64,000 nucleotides of DNA from Eledone cirrhosa (GCA_964016885.1 OZ024751.1:21576001-21640000), one strand, 5' to 3'; positions 28,760 through 42,454 are shown, numbered from the stretch's first letter. Made by a program: numbers and translations. Notes: generated by a model from the letters alone, not told the origin.

Positions 28760-28980
28760 TAATTTTGTCTACATTGGCACAAAACCAGAATATAAGGGAA
28801 GGAGAAAGTCGATTACATCGACCTTAGTGCCTTACTTAGTGACATTTAATTTTATCGATCCCGCACGGATAAAAGGCAAAGCTAACCTCGGCGGGAACTT
28901 AGAATGTAAAAGGCTGTAATTGTATGCTACAAAGCATGTTGTCCGACGCTCTACCGATACTGCCGACCCACCGCCCTATC
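28760..28980 (-). mobile_element. SINE (main family)
   Basis: Core GGATAAAAGGCAAAGCTAACCTCGGCGGG and head GTCCGACGCTCTACCGATACTGCC. Confidence 0.85.
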
Positions 28981-29379
28981 ATCAGCTTAATAAGGAGAAA
29001 GTTAGTTGTATAACTGAATATGTGCAAATTCTTAATTATTTTCAAAATTATTTGAAAATCATAAGTAGTGCCTTTCATTGAAATATGAGTAACGGGTTCC
29101 ATAATGTAATCTTAGACATACTATACCTGAAAAGAAAATGGGAATGGTCGCGGTGGGAATACTTCTGGACATAATTCTACTTGATGAGAGGTGACTTGTG
29201 ATTAAACATCAACAACAACAATAATGCAAAACCCAATTTTAGGCAATCATTTGAAATCGCAGCTTATAATATTAAAATAGTATTTAGACTTGAAATAATG
29301 CGGTTCTACATACGCTAAGTCTGAACCTAATACCAACACTATTCCTAACTGCACTCCTTGTTATTGTTTTTTACTTTGC

Positions 29380-29423
<44 letters not shown>

Positions 29424-29425
<2 letters not shown>

Positions 29426-29465
29426 TCAATATACTGTGGTTACCTCCGATTCAACCCGGAATAAC

Positions 29466-29505
<40 letters not shown>

Positions 29506-29523
29506 GGATACATATACATATAT

Positions 29524-29569
<46 letters not shown>

Positions 29570-29652
29570 GTTATTCCGGGTTGAATCGGAGGTAACCACA
29601 GTAAGTAAGGTACTCAATACATTGCAAAGTATAAGTTCTAGTCCTGTAGAAT

Positions 29653-29655
<3 letters not shown>
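29424..29655. mobile_element. Pair of inverted short stubs in (TA)n (family E)
   Basis: TACTGTGGTTACCTCCGATTCAACCCGGAATAACG at ~29431 mirrors 29569-29603; related pieces at 35931-35980 and 27090-27110. Confidence 0.65.
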
Positions 29656-29697
<42 letters not shown>

Positions 29698-30024
29698 CGG
29701 CGATGAATTAGTTTTGCGAGGTTTTTGATATGAAATCGTGTGTCGAAACAAATATTGTTATACTTGTTAGACACAAGCGAAAAACGGAAACCAACCAAAC
29801 AGTGAGTGTGTTCTGTTATTAATTCTGGCAATATTATTACACAAATATGACCCTCCCCAAGTATATATATATATTGAGTATATGTTGGTTGTTTACCGAC
29901 ACCTCAGTATGCAGATTGGAGCACTCGACGAAGTACGCAGGTTGGTTTGTTTACTCCGGAGTAATGTAAAATAATTAAGTCAAATATGTAAAATTTGGCT
30001 TCGTTTATTATAAATTATAGATAT

Positions 30025-30079
30025 ACTGCTATATATATTTCGATGACAGCCATCATTGGCTGTGACCTCTTCAGGCAGT
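30025..30079 (-). ncRNA. Minimal type I hammerhead ribozyme
   Basis: Minus: actgc-CTGAAGA-GGTcACAGCCA/atga/TGGCTGTcATC-GAAA-TATATA-TA-gcagt; perfect 5-bp stem I, long stem II, palindromic stem III. Confidence 0.85.
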
Positions 30080-30085
30080 CCGAAT

Positions 30086-30122
<37 letters not shown>

Positions 30123-30127
<5 letters not shown>

Positions 30128-30329
30128 GTGGTAACACAACAGTTACTTCGCCATATCGAGAACAATTGTTTCACCTTAGCGGATCTTCAGCTCGTAAGCT
30201 GTGAAGATCCGCTAAGGTGAAACAATTGTTCTCGATATGGTGAACTAACTGTTGTGTTACAACTTCTACCTAACTCGTCCCATGGACTGATTGCTCTACC
30301 ACTACTGATATTACCTTCCAGTGTTCTAC

Positions 30330-30340
<11 letters not shown>
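30123..30340 (+). mobile_element. (TA)n-flanked fold-back element with ~65-bp arms and a hammerhead
   Basis: 30123-30189 is the reverse complement of 30202-30268. Confidence 0.75.
30157..30194 (-). ncRNA. Minimal type I hammerhead ribozyme (candidate)
   Basis: Minus: cgag-CTGAAGA-tCC/gctaa/GGt-GAAA-CAATTG-TT-ctcg; the plus-strand mirror is truncated inside the core (gTGAAGA). Confidence 0.65.
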
Positions 30341-30385
<45 letters not shown>

Positions 30386-30499
30386 ACGACCACTGACTAA
30401 ATTTCAGATGACCAATAAAATGTACAAATCCATATAGAAATATGAAAGTTGTATACAGCAATGGTCTCCATCCCGTATAGGGAACCCGTAAGCCTGGTA

Positions 30500-31060
30500 C
30501 TTATTTCTAATCGAGGCACAAGACCAGCAATTTGAGGAGAGTGGATGGGAAAGGTCGAGTTTATCAATTCCAATATTTGATTGGTAGTATTGTTTATCGA
30601 CCGTGAAAGGAAGAAAGGCAAAGTTGAACTCAGATAGATTTGAACATAGGACATAAACAGCCAGAACAAATATCGCAAGCCATTTTGTTCGATGCACTAA
30701 CGATTCTTCAAAATCTATCGCCCTGTGTAAATTTCGCAATGCATGCATGGGCCAGTAACTCCTGGTGGAGTTCGAGGGGCGCCCTCATGACATTAACGTA
30801 TCTGGGGTATTTTAAACTTGGAGGAGTCCTTCCCTCTCCAAGAATCGGTTCCTCACAGCCGATTTCTTCCAAAGACGGGGAGAGAGGGGGGGGGGGGGGG
30901 GGGGTAGAATCAATTCCAATATTGAACTGGTATTTTTTATCGATCTCCAAAGGATGAAAGGCAAAATTGACCCCGGCGGGATTTGAACACAGCCGGAACA
31001 AATACCGCAAAGAATTTTGTTTGACACTCTAACGATTCTGCTAATCCATCACACTTGATA
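30500..31060 (-). mobile_element. Two SINE copies (30500-30720 and 30905-31060)
   Basis: AAAGGCAAA.TTGA...GATTTGAACA core and head remnants. Confidence 0.75.
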
Positions 31061-31171
31061 CGATTCTACTAATCCATCACACTTGATACGATTCTGCTAA
31101 TCCATCACACTTGATACGATTCTACTAATCCATCACACTTGATACGATTCTGCTAATCCATCACACTTGAT
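31032..31171. repeat. 28-bp minisatellite, 5 copies, derived from a SINE terminus
   Basis: ACGATTCT(G/A)CTAATCCATCACACTTGAT x5, continuous with the SINE end. Confidence 0.88.
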
Positions 31172-31372
31172 AATAGAAAGAATCTCTACGTATCAATTTT
31201 TTTTTTTAATTTTACTAAATAAAAAATTTTAAATAATAACATTCTACTATTTCATAAAAGAATAATATATCACAGTAGAAACTTTGCAATATCAGGAAGA
31301 ATTTTATGAAGAATTGTCAAACGTTAGTGACAATTCCTGTAGAAAGACATGGGGGGGGGCGTATATATGTAT

Positions 31373-31416
<44 letters not shown>

Positions 31417-31418
<2 letters not shown>

Positions 31419-31731
31419 TTCTTTATTAGCCACAAGAAAAGGGGACAATACAAAGACAATACAAAGACACATGCCGGGGATTTTACATACAGTCGTGTAA
31501 AAAATATAAAAACAAACAATTACAACAATGGAAATCCCCAATAGGGGGGAGGCGCCACAAATGGGTTGTTTAATACCCCGTCGATAGAACAACCCTCAAC
31601 TCCAGGAGCGTGTTGTCCAAGTGCTCCTTTCTTCCTTTTGCTCTCTTCTTCAACCTACAGGCTTATAAACAGAGGAGGCCCAATCACTCGGGCCATTTTC
31701 GCTTCATTCACCCACCTTTCAGTAAATTTAC
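31417..31731 (-). mobile_element. L1/Tx1-like 3' fragment within (GATA)n
   Basis: Homologous to 6386-6700 (SKFTERWVNEAKMARVIGPPLFISL*); GATA repeats on both flanks. Confidence 0.75.
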
Positions 31732-31846
31732 TATAGATAGATAGATATAGATATAGATATATAGATATATATTCTCTCTCTCTCTTTATATATGTATATG
31801 TGTATGTGCGTGTATGTGTATGGGAGAGAGAGCAAGCGGAAATTAT

Positions 31847-31940
<94 letters not shown>

Positions 31941-32063
31941 TCATACCGTCTGCGTTGTTCCTGTTTTATTTTTATTTCTATTTTTATTTTATTTCTGTTT
32001 TTTTTCAATTCGAGAATTTTCTGTTCGCTTTACGTCGAGCGTAACATTTTCTTCTTCTTTCAA

Positions 32064-32165
<102 letters not shown>

Positions 32166-32843
32166 GTATGTGTATTTGTGTGTGCGTTTGTGATTATGCA
32201 TTTGTGTGCGTGCGTGTATCTGTGACTCTGTGTTATGTGAGTGTATGTGAGTGTATGGGAGTGTATGTGAGTGTATGGGAGTGTACGTGAGTGTATGACT
32301 ATTTGTGTGTGTGTATTTGCGTGTGTTTTCTTTTCCAATTTGCAACATACAAGAGTAGACTTAAGTTAAATTGAATTGATATAACGAGTTAAAAGGTAAC
32401 CGAATGTGAATTGAATGCTGTTCTGAAGCATGGACGAGCTCACTGCATGTTAAGTTTTTGAAAATATGTAATGCACCGTGCATAAAATCCAGTGGCATTG
32501 TTCTCGTATGCTTTTTCACTGAATTACTCACACCTAAATGCAGCCGCTACAGTTTTTACTATATATGCTGTGATCTTTTACCGATCCTAATTATAAACGG
32601 TTTAAACGTTTGTTTTTTGTTTTTTTGTGTGTGTGTGTGTGTTTTTTTTGAGTAAAGGTGTGTATGTGTGTATGTGTGTGTGTGTGTGTGTGTGTTTGTG
32701 TATGCATGTGTGTGCGTTTGTGTATATGTGTGTGCGTGAGAGAGAGAGAGAGAGTTATGGAAATGTGTGCGAGATTATGTAAGTGAATGTGTCTGTGTGT
32801 GTCGGGAGACGTTCGGTGGTAGAGCTACAAAATCTAAAAAACA

Positions 32844-32944
<101 letters not shown>

Positions 32945-33056
32945 TGAGAGAGAGAGAAGGGAAACGTACACACAGCTATATATATATATATATATAGATA
33001 TATAGATATTTTTTTTAGATTTTGTACCTCTAACACCGTGTATAATATATATATAT

Positions 33057-33134
<78 letters not shown>

Positions 33135-33160
33135 ATATATATATATTATACACACACACA

Positions 33161-33200
<40 letters not shown>

Positions 33201-33814
33201 TACCACTTCATAAATAATATTCTTTTGATTCTATTCTTCTTGCGCTTTCTCAAGTTTTTCCTTCTTATTTTTTTTTTTTTTCTCTATTTCGATTTTTCTC
33301 TCGTTTTGTGTTTTGTTTCATATTTTATTTGTTTTTCGGGGAGGGGGGGGGGTCTTTTTATCCTTTTTTTTTTTCTCAATTTAAGTGCAAACTATCAGAC
33401 GATCTCGGTAATCCATAGAAATAAATGACTTTTCAGCAGGAAGCAAGCCAGTCCTTAAACAAACTAAGAAAATCTTTTTAAAATATTCTAAACAAAAAAT
33501 GCCATTCACCTTTGGCTAAGTTGATAAAAAAAAGCATGAAATGAGACTTTATTGATTATTTATGCATTTTTGAACTAATTTATGTATCCATATCTATTTA
33601 TTCCATATCTATTTATTTATTTATTGCTTGTCTACGTGCGTAGTTAAGTAGGTGAAGGTGAAGGACCCTTAACACATGAAGGAATCGTCAGGGCGTTGTC
33701 TTGACATACGATGTGTTTAGGGTGTTACAAATCTGGCGAACCCTATCCCTTCGCAACTCGTAACGCAACCCTAATCTCAGCCCTTTACACTTGATGGAGT
33801 CGTAGAGGATTTGT

Positions 33815-34418
33815 CTTGACCTCGGCGGAATTTGAATTCAGAGAGCGTATTGAGCCAGATGCCGAAATATTTTTAATCCGAGACTCTAACAACACTACCA
33901 ATTCGTCACTTTGCATAATTGTTTCTGATTTAGACACAGAGGGTGAGGAAAGTCAATTAAATATAAAACCAGCACGTTACTGGTACTTTATTTTATAGAC
34001 CCGGTAAGGATGAAAGGCAAAGCTAACCTCGGTGGTATTTGAATTCAAAACCTAAAGAGATGTAACTACACTCCTCGAAACATTTTATCGGACGCTCTAA
34101 CGACACTGCCAATTCATCACCCTCAGCCAAGCCACTTTGCATAATAACGATCGTTTATATAATCGCACGATCAACTATTATTGAGGGAGGAGTACGAGGT
34201 AGAGTGTCGAGAAGTTGTGGAGTTGGGGCTGGTCAATAGAAAGTAAAGTTGACTTCGGCGGGATTAGAATTCAGAATGTTACTCCGCAACATTCTTTCCG
34301 ACGCTGTATTAATTCTGGCAATCAAATCTCAATCGGAAGAGTTAGATGTGATATTAAGGCAAACGGATAGAGTCTATGAAACCCTCAGTACTTGACTGGT
34401 ACATTATTTTATCGAAAT

Positions 34419-34452
<34 letters not shown>

Positions 34453-34500
34453 CTCGCCCCGCAATAACAACGAAATAGAAAATTGACTTCGACAGGATTT
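33815..34500 (-). mobile_element. Cluster of degraded SINE copies
   Basis: Several GACCTCGGCGGAATTTGAATTCAG and CTGGTAC..TATTTTATCGA fragments. Confidence 0.75.
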
Positions 34501-34556
34501 GTTAAGCAACGACGTTGGCAAATATATGCGTGTGTATGAGTGTTTTATGTGTGTGT

Positions 34557-34605
<49 letters not shown>

Positions 34606-34847
34606 TCAGCATTATCATCATCATCATCATCATCATCATCATCTTCATCATTATCATCATCATCCATCAACTGAAACATTCCCCCCAATATCCCTAGTAT
34701 ATATTTCAGGTAGCCGTCGTTTGTTTTATGTTGTTATGCTATGTTATCTTATGTTATGTTTTTAATTCAACATTTCTGACGACGTTGGCAAATATATGCG
34801 TGTGTATGAGTGTTTTGGGTGTGCGTGTGCATATATATATATATATA

Positions 34848-35372
34848 TTAAGAATATTTTCGAAACAGCGAGCGGGTTTGAAGTTATTATAAATGTAAGC
34901 TATCGCTGTATTTTGACTAAAGAACCCTCGGAGAAATGGAAAAAGATGAGTATTGACGTACATGGAAGTCGAACCCACATCTTTGGTTATCCAGACCACT
35001 GTGCTACCATTTACACCAACACATCACCCGTCTTAACCCCACTATCAGGCTAAATAATTTCTTTAATTTCTTTAGTCAAAATACGGCGATAGCTTACATT
35101 TATAATAATTTCAAACCCGCTCGCTGTTTCGAAAATATTCTTACTTGACATTACAGTCGCTAAGTTTATAGCTTCTAATTTGAATTGAAAAAGACGGGTG
35201 ATGTGTTGGCGTAAATGGTAGCACAGTGGTCTGGATAACCAAAGATGTGGGTTCGACTCCCATGTACTCATCTTTTTCCATTTCTCCGAGGGTTCTTAAC
35301 CCCACTATCAGACTAAATAATTTCTTTAATTTCTTTAGTCAAAATACGGCGATAGCTTACATTTATAATAAT
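34848..35372 (+). mobile_element. (TA)n-flanked element: inverted segments plus a 263-bp tandem unit containing a tRNA-like module
   Basis: TAACCCCACTATCAG at 35034 and 35297; 34848-34924 mirrors 35069-35143; 34921-35033 mirrors 35191-35297. Confidence 0.75.
35200..35268 (+). pseudogene. tRNA-like sequence (Pol III A/B boxes) inside the element; mirror copy on minus at ~34952-35027
   Basis: A-box TGGCGTAAATGG, arm TGGT-ctggata-ACCA, T-arm GTGGG-TTCGACT-CCCAT. Confidence 0.65.
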
Positions 35373-35704
35373 ATATATATATATAATTATCATTATTATT
35401 ATTGAGTAAAATGACAGAAGGCCGCACCACCAACAAGATTCAACGTAAACGAAATGGATGAGTTGCATAACGACGAGTGCTTTTCCTAATATTACATCAT
35501 GGTTGACTATACGGAATGACGAGTTCTATCCAGTGGTGAACCAACAAACCTAAATGAATATATATATATGCAGAAGTTATATTTAATTTGTTGCGATTCA
35601 ACAAGCTTAAAAGTTTTATAACTGATATAAAGCACTCAACATATTACTGGAGTAAATATTCAATATATTAATAAATGGAAACTATATTTATAAAAGCATA
35701 ATAA

Positions 35705-35765
35705 TTTTATTATAAATATTTCAAGGGCAATCAAGGCAATTTTGGTGCGCTTTCATCAGATAAAA
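35705..35765 (-). ncRNA. Minimal type I hammerhead ribozyme
   Basis: Minus: ttttat-CTGATGA-AAGcGCA...TGCcCTT-GAAA-TATTTA-TA-ataaaa. Confidence 0.72.
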
Positions 35766-35834
35766 TACAAAACATGTTTTATAAATGTTGACATACCCGT
35801 AGAAAAACAACCTTGACGGTTGAAGGTTCGCTGG

Positions 35835-35932
<98 letters not shown>

Positions 35933-36106
35933 ATCCCGGGTTCAATCGGGGGTAACCACAGTAAGTAAGGTACTGTAGAAGCCATTTCTATAGTAAATAT
36001 ATATATAGAGAAAATATGTATGTATGTATGCATGTATATATATATGTGTGTGTGTGTGTGAGTGCTTGTGTGTATGCATATATACATATATATATATATA
36101 TGCATG

Positions 36107-36160
<54 letters not shown>

Positions 36161-36334
36161 TATGCATATATATATATATATATATATATTGAAAGTTCAA
36201 ATGTCTGCAGACGCTTTCCAAATCAAATGTAATAAACGAATATGTTGGCAATGAGGCTGAAGACCTGTTTTTTAAAAAAATATATAACAAAAATATAATA
36301 CAACAAAAAGAAATCAAACGAAAGAAGGAAGGTG

Positions 36335-36404
<70 letters not shown>

Positions 36405-37207
36405 GAAGGAAGTAAAATTAAAAAGAGAGAGACAAAAAGGAACAAACACATATGTAGATGAAATAAGATATATTGCACTGAGCTTTCTGGTCGCTTTATT
36501 TGCAATTCTGCAATATATTTCCCCTTGAGTAACCTGTTATTTAATGAATTTTTTTTTAAATCACGCATGCATGCATATATACATTCATACTTAAGCTTAC
36601 ATACTCAAGCTTACATGCATTCATACATACATTCATGCATAAATGCAAACATATGCACACACACACAAACACACGCACATATATATGTATATATACATAT
36701 ATATTGTATGTATGTATACGTACATACATAATGCTTCCAGTCATGCAGGTATACATGCATATGCATATATGTGTGTGTATTTATGTGTGTGTGTGTATAT
36801 ATATATTTATATATATATATAACGATAAATTAACGGAGCAATAGGCCCTCGCTATTCCCTGTAAATAATGTGCTCAAAGGAGAAGAAATCCTGAGCTCTT
36901 TAAAATACAATATGTTGAAAAGGTAATACACCAGAGAGAGATATACAGTGCACTATCAATAAAAGAGGGGAAAAACCACCAGTGTAAGGAATTTATCGTG
37001 ATATTTCGCTCCTTATAACAGTCTTTCCTATCTCTCTGTTTGGTTGAGCACACTTCTCTGAGTGGCTTTGGGCTGCCCTTTCTAGCAGTTCTTCTCTCAG
37101 AAGCCACTGGTTCACTGCCCTTAAACACGCTATGACTTCTCTCTCCCACGTGTAGCTGGCCAGTCACTTTTAGAATTCTCTTAGTGTTGTCTGAAATGTA
37201 TAGCCTT

Positions 37208-37301
37208 ACACACGCTGATGAACTGAGGCTAACCCATTTCCTTCAACAAATTACTGGTGAAACATATCTTTGGATTAGTATCTTTGGATTTGTACGTGTG
37301 T
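37208..37301 (+). ncRNA. Type I hammerhead ribozyme, copy 1
   Basis: acacacg-CTGATGA-ACTG...TGGT-GAAA-CAtATC...GATtTG-TA-cgtgtgt; perfect 7-bp stem I, true stem III, predicted GUA cleavage after 37294. Confidence 0.8.
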
Positions 37302-37763
37302 TATATAGTTATAGAGGTATTTATTTACGCTTTAATTTATATTTTTAATTATCGTGTCTATAGTCTGCCTTTCATAGGTTATAGATTCCATACACTGGTG
37401 GGTTTTTTCCTGTTTTATTGATAGCGCACTGTATACCTCTCTCTGGTGTGTTACCTTTTCAACATATTGTATTTTAAAGAGCTCAGGATTTCTTCTCCTT
37501 TGAGCACATTAGATACAGGGAATAGCGAGGGCCTATGGATCCATTAATTTATCGTGATATTTCGCTCCTTATAACAGTCTTTCCTATTTCTCTGTTTGGT
37601 TGAGCACACTTCTCTGAGTGGCTTTGGGCTGCCCTTTCTAGCAGTTCTTCCCTCAGAAGCCACTGGTTCACTGCCCTTAAACACGCTATGACTTCTCTCT
37701 CCCACGTGTAGCTGGCCAGTCACTTTTAGAATTCTCTTAGTGTTGTCTGAAATGTATAGCCTT

Positions 37764-37857
37764 ACACACGCTGATGAACCGAGGCTAACCCATTTCCTTC
37801 AACAAATTACTGGTGAAACATATCTTTGGATTAGCATCTTTGGATTTGTACGTGTGT
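37764..37857 (+). ncRNA. Type I hammerhead ribozyme, copy 2
   Basis: As copy 1, stem II ACCG/TGGT; predicted cleavage after 37850. Confidence 0.8.
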
Positions 37858-38019
37858 TATATAGTTATAGAGGTATTTATTTACGCTTTAATTTATATTT
37901 TTAATTATCGTGTCTATAGTCTGCCTTTCATAGGTTATAGATTCCATACACTGGTGGGTTTTTCCCTGTTTTATTGATAGCGCACTGTATATCTCTCTCT
38001 GGTGTGTTACCTTTTCAAC

Positions 38020-38083
<64 letters not shown>

Positions 38084-38091
38084 ATATACAC

Positions 38092-38905
<814 letters not shown>

Positions 38906-39698
38906 AACACTCACTATTTACACTTTGCTTTTTTTTAGCTTATCGGTCTTAGCTCCCAACTCTGTATATATATAAAAATCAATACAAATTATAGGAATTT
39001 ATATAAATCTGTAGGGAAATTATCCCTTGCTTATATCTGCTGATACGAAAACACAGACTAAAATATTCATAACTGCATCGACGAAAATAGCTATGATGAC
39101 ACTCTCAGACAGTAGAGAAGGAACTTTCGCTATGGCAGTCAACCGTAATAGACATCGTTATCAGAGCCAAGTCATATGACACTCAGGCTGGTAAAGCTAC
39201 AACCCCGGGTTCACACATGCACTGGATCTCTCTGTAATACATCTTGCTAGCAAATTTCACTACATCTAAATGCATGTACATCAACAAAAATAATCTACAT
39301 TTTACCAACCTGTTAAGGAAAACACACTTATATGAAATTTCTGCATATTTCTGCTTATATTTTTATTTGCCACATGGTTTCGTCGAATTCCATGACAAGA
39401 AATAAACATTTAAATGAGCAGTTTATTTTTTCATTGGTGTGTATCAATGCTTTGGGGGATTCACTTTCCCCGCATCAATTTCACATCACCAACATCGATC
39501 ACTTCAATCACACATCAACAAACAAATAATCTATAAGTTTTGTTCTCCAATTTAGTCGTAGGACAGGAAAAAAGAAAAAGGTTACAGGTATTGCAAATCG
39601 TCCCGAAACAAAGAAATAAAAGAGCGACTGACTAATAAGCAATATTTTGCATTCGTCTCCATTACATCCACAACGGATATCTTCCTGTTTTGCATATT

Positions 39699-39731
<33 letters not shown>

Positions 39732-39818
39732 CCTTTTGTTTTGTTTGTTGTTGTTTTTTCGTTCTCAGTCTTCGAGAGAAAGAAATCTAGTTATGCTTAT
39801 ATTTGATAGACGTTATTT

Positions 39819-39874
<56 letters not shown>

Positions 39875-39939
39875 TCAACTGAAATATTCCCCCCCAATAT
39901 CCCTAGTATATATTTCAGGCAGTCGTCGTTTGTTTTATG

Positions 39940-40165
39940 TTGTTATGCTATGTTATGTTATGTTATGTTATGTTATGTTATGTTATGTTATGTTATGTTA
40001 TGCTATGTTATGTTATGTTATGTTATGTTATGTTATGTTATGTTATGTTATGTTATGTTATGTTATGCTATGTGATGCTGTTATGCTATGTTATATTATG
40101 TTATTTTATGCTATGTTATGCTATGTTGTGTTATGTTATGCTATGTTATGCTATGTTATGCTATA
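39940..40165. repeat. (TTATG)n pentanucleotide microsatellite
   Basis: Direct reading. Confidence 0.95.
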
Positions 40166-40630
40166 GTTAGTTTTATCACGTCAGTTGTGCCTCTTATGAA
40201 TGTGACCTTGTTTGTATCGTTAGTTCATGCTGCGTTGCCTTACCTCACACAGAGAGAGATGAAATTATCATGGCTGGCATTTTCTAGCAGATGTTGATCA
40301 TGTGAACTTCATCTTTCACACCGGATTGACACACAACTGACGTCTATTTTTCACGTTATAACCACTAAAATGTGGGGCGAATGAGATGAGAGGTGAAGTT
40401 AGTTAATGGTGGTCTGTATCAATAAAAGTCAGTCCTTTTGCTTAAAATAAAATAATTTAAAAGTGTAGTGGCGTGCTATGATAAAACGAAATTATATGGT
40501 AATATTTCGTCTGGGCACATTTAGCGAAGACCCTGTCACTGGTTCTACGATACCAAGCAGTTTATTTAAAGTGTTTTTATTTATCTAAAAACCTTCCATC
40601 GCACTTTTAAGTAAGAACCTTTCTGTTAAG

Positions 40631-40945
40631 CGAGTAAGTTACATATATTGAGAGAGAGGAGGAAGAGAGTAAGTTACATATATTGAGAGAGGGGGGAGAG
40701 AGTAAGTTACATATATTGAGAGAGGAGGGAGAGAGTAAGTTACATATATTGAGAGAGGAGGGAGAGAGTAAGTTACATATATTGAGAGAGAGGAGGAAGA
40801 GAGTAAGTTACATATATTGAGAGATGTGGAGAGAGTAAGTTATATATATTGAGAGATGGGGAGAGAGTAAGTTATATATATTGAGAGATGGGCAAGTGAG
40901 TAAGTAACATATATTAAGAGAGGGGGGAAAAGAATAAGTTATAAG
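40631..40945. repeat. ~32-36 bp minisatellite GAGAGTAAGTTACATATATTGAGAGA.., ~9 copies
   Basis: Direct reading. Confidence 0.92.
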
Positions 40946-41377
40946 AAGAGAGTTACTATTAAATATTTTCACTTTCTTATTAATCATGTAAATCTAATCC
41001 ATATGCCATCACCATATTTCTTGTCCAATTCTTTAAAGTTTTATCTTAGTTTCTTGTCCTATTCTTTTAAAGTTTTATCTTAGTTTCTTGTCCTATTCTT
41101 TTAAAGTTTTATTTTAGTTTCTTGTCCTGATTTTTAAAGGTTTATATTCCAACAATATTACTTTTTTTGCTGTACGCATTTTTCTATCTGGTATAGTAAT
41201 GACTATAAAAACATCGGATTTGTTTGAAAGAAATATACGATAAACAGAATATAGTCTCATGTGATTCTTTTATTCTTTATTTTTTACTTTTCTTAATCGT
41301 TATATCTCGCCCCAGCTCAGTTCTATGTCAGTAAACTTGCGTCGAATTATCAATACTAGGTGACAACCCACATATAA

Positions 41378-41578
41378 ACGAAGGTGGGCTGAAAGGTTCA
41401 TAGGCTAACTATGAAGGAGTGAAGCTAGAGCTGTGAAATCTTGCATGCATTAATTTCAACTCTTCTTATTAATAACTGCATTGTTTCTTTCCAGGGATTG
41501 TGTTGAAAAATAAACCTCATTTGGTCATTCCATGACAGTATCTTGGTCAGCCTATAAACTTTTGAGCCGACCTACGTA
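41378..41578. mobile_element. Mariner-type non-autonomous MITE
   Basis: Imperfect TIRs ACGAAGGTGGGCTGAAAGGTTCATAGGCT / AGCCTATAAACTTTTGAGCCGACCTACGT, followed by TA at the right end. Confidence 0.75.
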
Positions 41579-42454
41579 TTGTCCCATAGTTAGAGAGCCA
41601 ACACAAAAGTCTCACTGAGTCGCATAATCTACGAGAAATAGCAATCAGATTTTCTTAAAAAACACACCTGAACCTTTTCCCTGTGAAGGACACATTGCAT
41701 AAAGTAGTTCTAGATATATTTTCTGTTGAAAAGACGGGATTGTCATGATTTGAAAGACTTTAAAGTTAGATCTGTTAGATCAGGGTTGACCTGGAGCTAA
41801 ACAATAACAGCAATCAACTACCAAGGACTCAGTTTATTTAAATGAATTTTCCCACTAGCCCCCAGATTTTATAAAGATCTGTCTACTCCAAAAGCTCCGG
41901 ATCTCTAAGGGTCCGCAGACTACAGATTAGAAACCGCTGCCCTGGCGTCTTATAAAATAAAAATGACAAACACAGAGGATAATGCAGTCCGAATTAGAGT
42001 CAAACTGAAGAGTATCAATCTGTTTAGTATTAAATTGAAGAATATCACATTATATAGTATCAAATTATTTTGATTTTCGGGGCTGGAACGCCAGATGAAC
42101 GATAAAAAAATATTTTAAACTTGTTCATAAAATCAGAGAGATTCATTTATCTTACTTTTTTTTAATAACTTTCTTTCATAGGCGGTAAACTGACAGTCAT
42201 TAGAGGATAGGACAAAATGCTTTGCAATATTTAATCCGTATTTCTGTATTCTGAGTGGAAATCTTGCCAAAGTTAGGTAAGTGATGATTTTAAACACGAC
42301 GAAATGGCTTTCATTTTATTTTTCAATTATCATTCCCCGTTAATTAATTTTGTTTTTGTCGTTTAACAATAAAATGAAAATAAAGAAAAATTTCACAATA
42401 GTTGTGAAAAATCCCACAAAAATCCACGGTCATATTGACCACTGAGGCAAGTTC

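Larger units (their letters stand above)
36821..38023 (+). mobile_element. Retrozyme-like / non-autonomous Penelope-like element: inverted partial copy plus ~1.85 tandem copies of a 556-bp unit, each with a hammerhead
   Basis: ATTTATCGTGATATTTCG at 36991 and 37547; CTGATGA at 37215 and 37771; 36821-36986 mirrors ~37391-37555; TA-rich repeats on both flanks; no credible ORF. Confidence 0.85.

Noticed and set aside
35200-35268. Functional tRNA gene
   Set aside because: Poor acceptor and D stems, no T-run terminator directly after a clean 3' end, and embedded in a rearranged repeat
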